From Octopus vulgaris (taxonomy: Eukaryota): DNA of 64,000 nt. The notes under the pieces are model-generated. The model saw only the letters and a list, made by a program, of their open reading frames with translations. It was not told where the DNA came from and ran no database searches. The stretch is from NCBI GenBank assembly GCA_951406725.2, contig OX597817.1, positions 17,298,001-17,362,000 on the forward strand. Reading direction: 5' to 3'. Position numbers and translations under genes: made by a program. Shown here piece after piece: positions 63,877 through 64,000 of this stretch; the first letter of the stretch is position 1; every line of letters starts with the position of its first letter.

Positions 63877-64000
63877 ATATATATACAAGATAAGAAAATG
63901 GAGAAATACATCTAAATCAAATATTAATTACCAGATAATACTCAATCACATACTTTATTAAACCACTACATAAGAAACTGTAGGGTTAAACATAAAAAAG

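Overview
AT-rich, microsatellite- and retroelement-dense animal DNA. The tRNA-derived SINE repertoire, RTE/CR1/Tx1/Dong/Penelope fossils and very long introns fit an octopus (coleoid cephalopod) genome; that assignment is an inference. Two host-gene segments are supported, both on the minus strand. One is the 27-codon first coding exon of an amphiphysin/BIN1-family gene (36481-36561), next to a probable bidirectional promoter. The other is a ~1.1 kb intronless 3' part of Dicer-1 (end of RNase IIIa, RNase IIIb, dsRBD; 60399-~61534). It has no convincing splice acceptor and carries Arg->His and Arg->Gln changes at conserved positions. Most of the rest is transposon-derived. Highlights: two minimal type-I hammerhead ribozymes in a small (TA)n-associated non-autonomous family, a SINE found as multimers inside one target-site duplication (TSD), a Tc1 deletion derivative encoding only the DNA-binding domain, and a ~110-bp-arm fold-back hairpin downstream of Dicer. 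Most long ORFs in the track are microsatellite artefacts. SINE family labels A, B, D, E and F are my own; coordinates were read by eye and may be off by a few bases.
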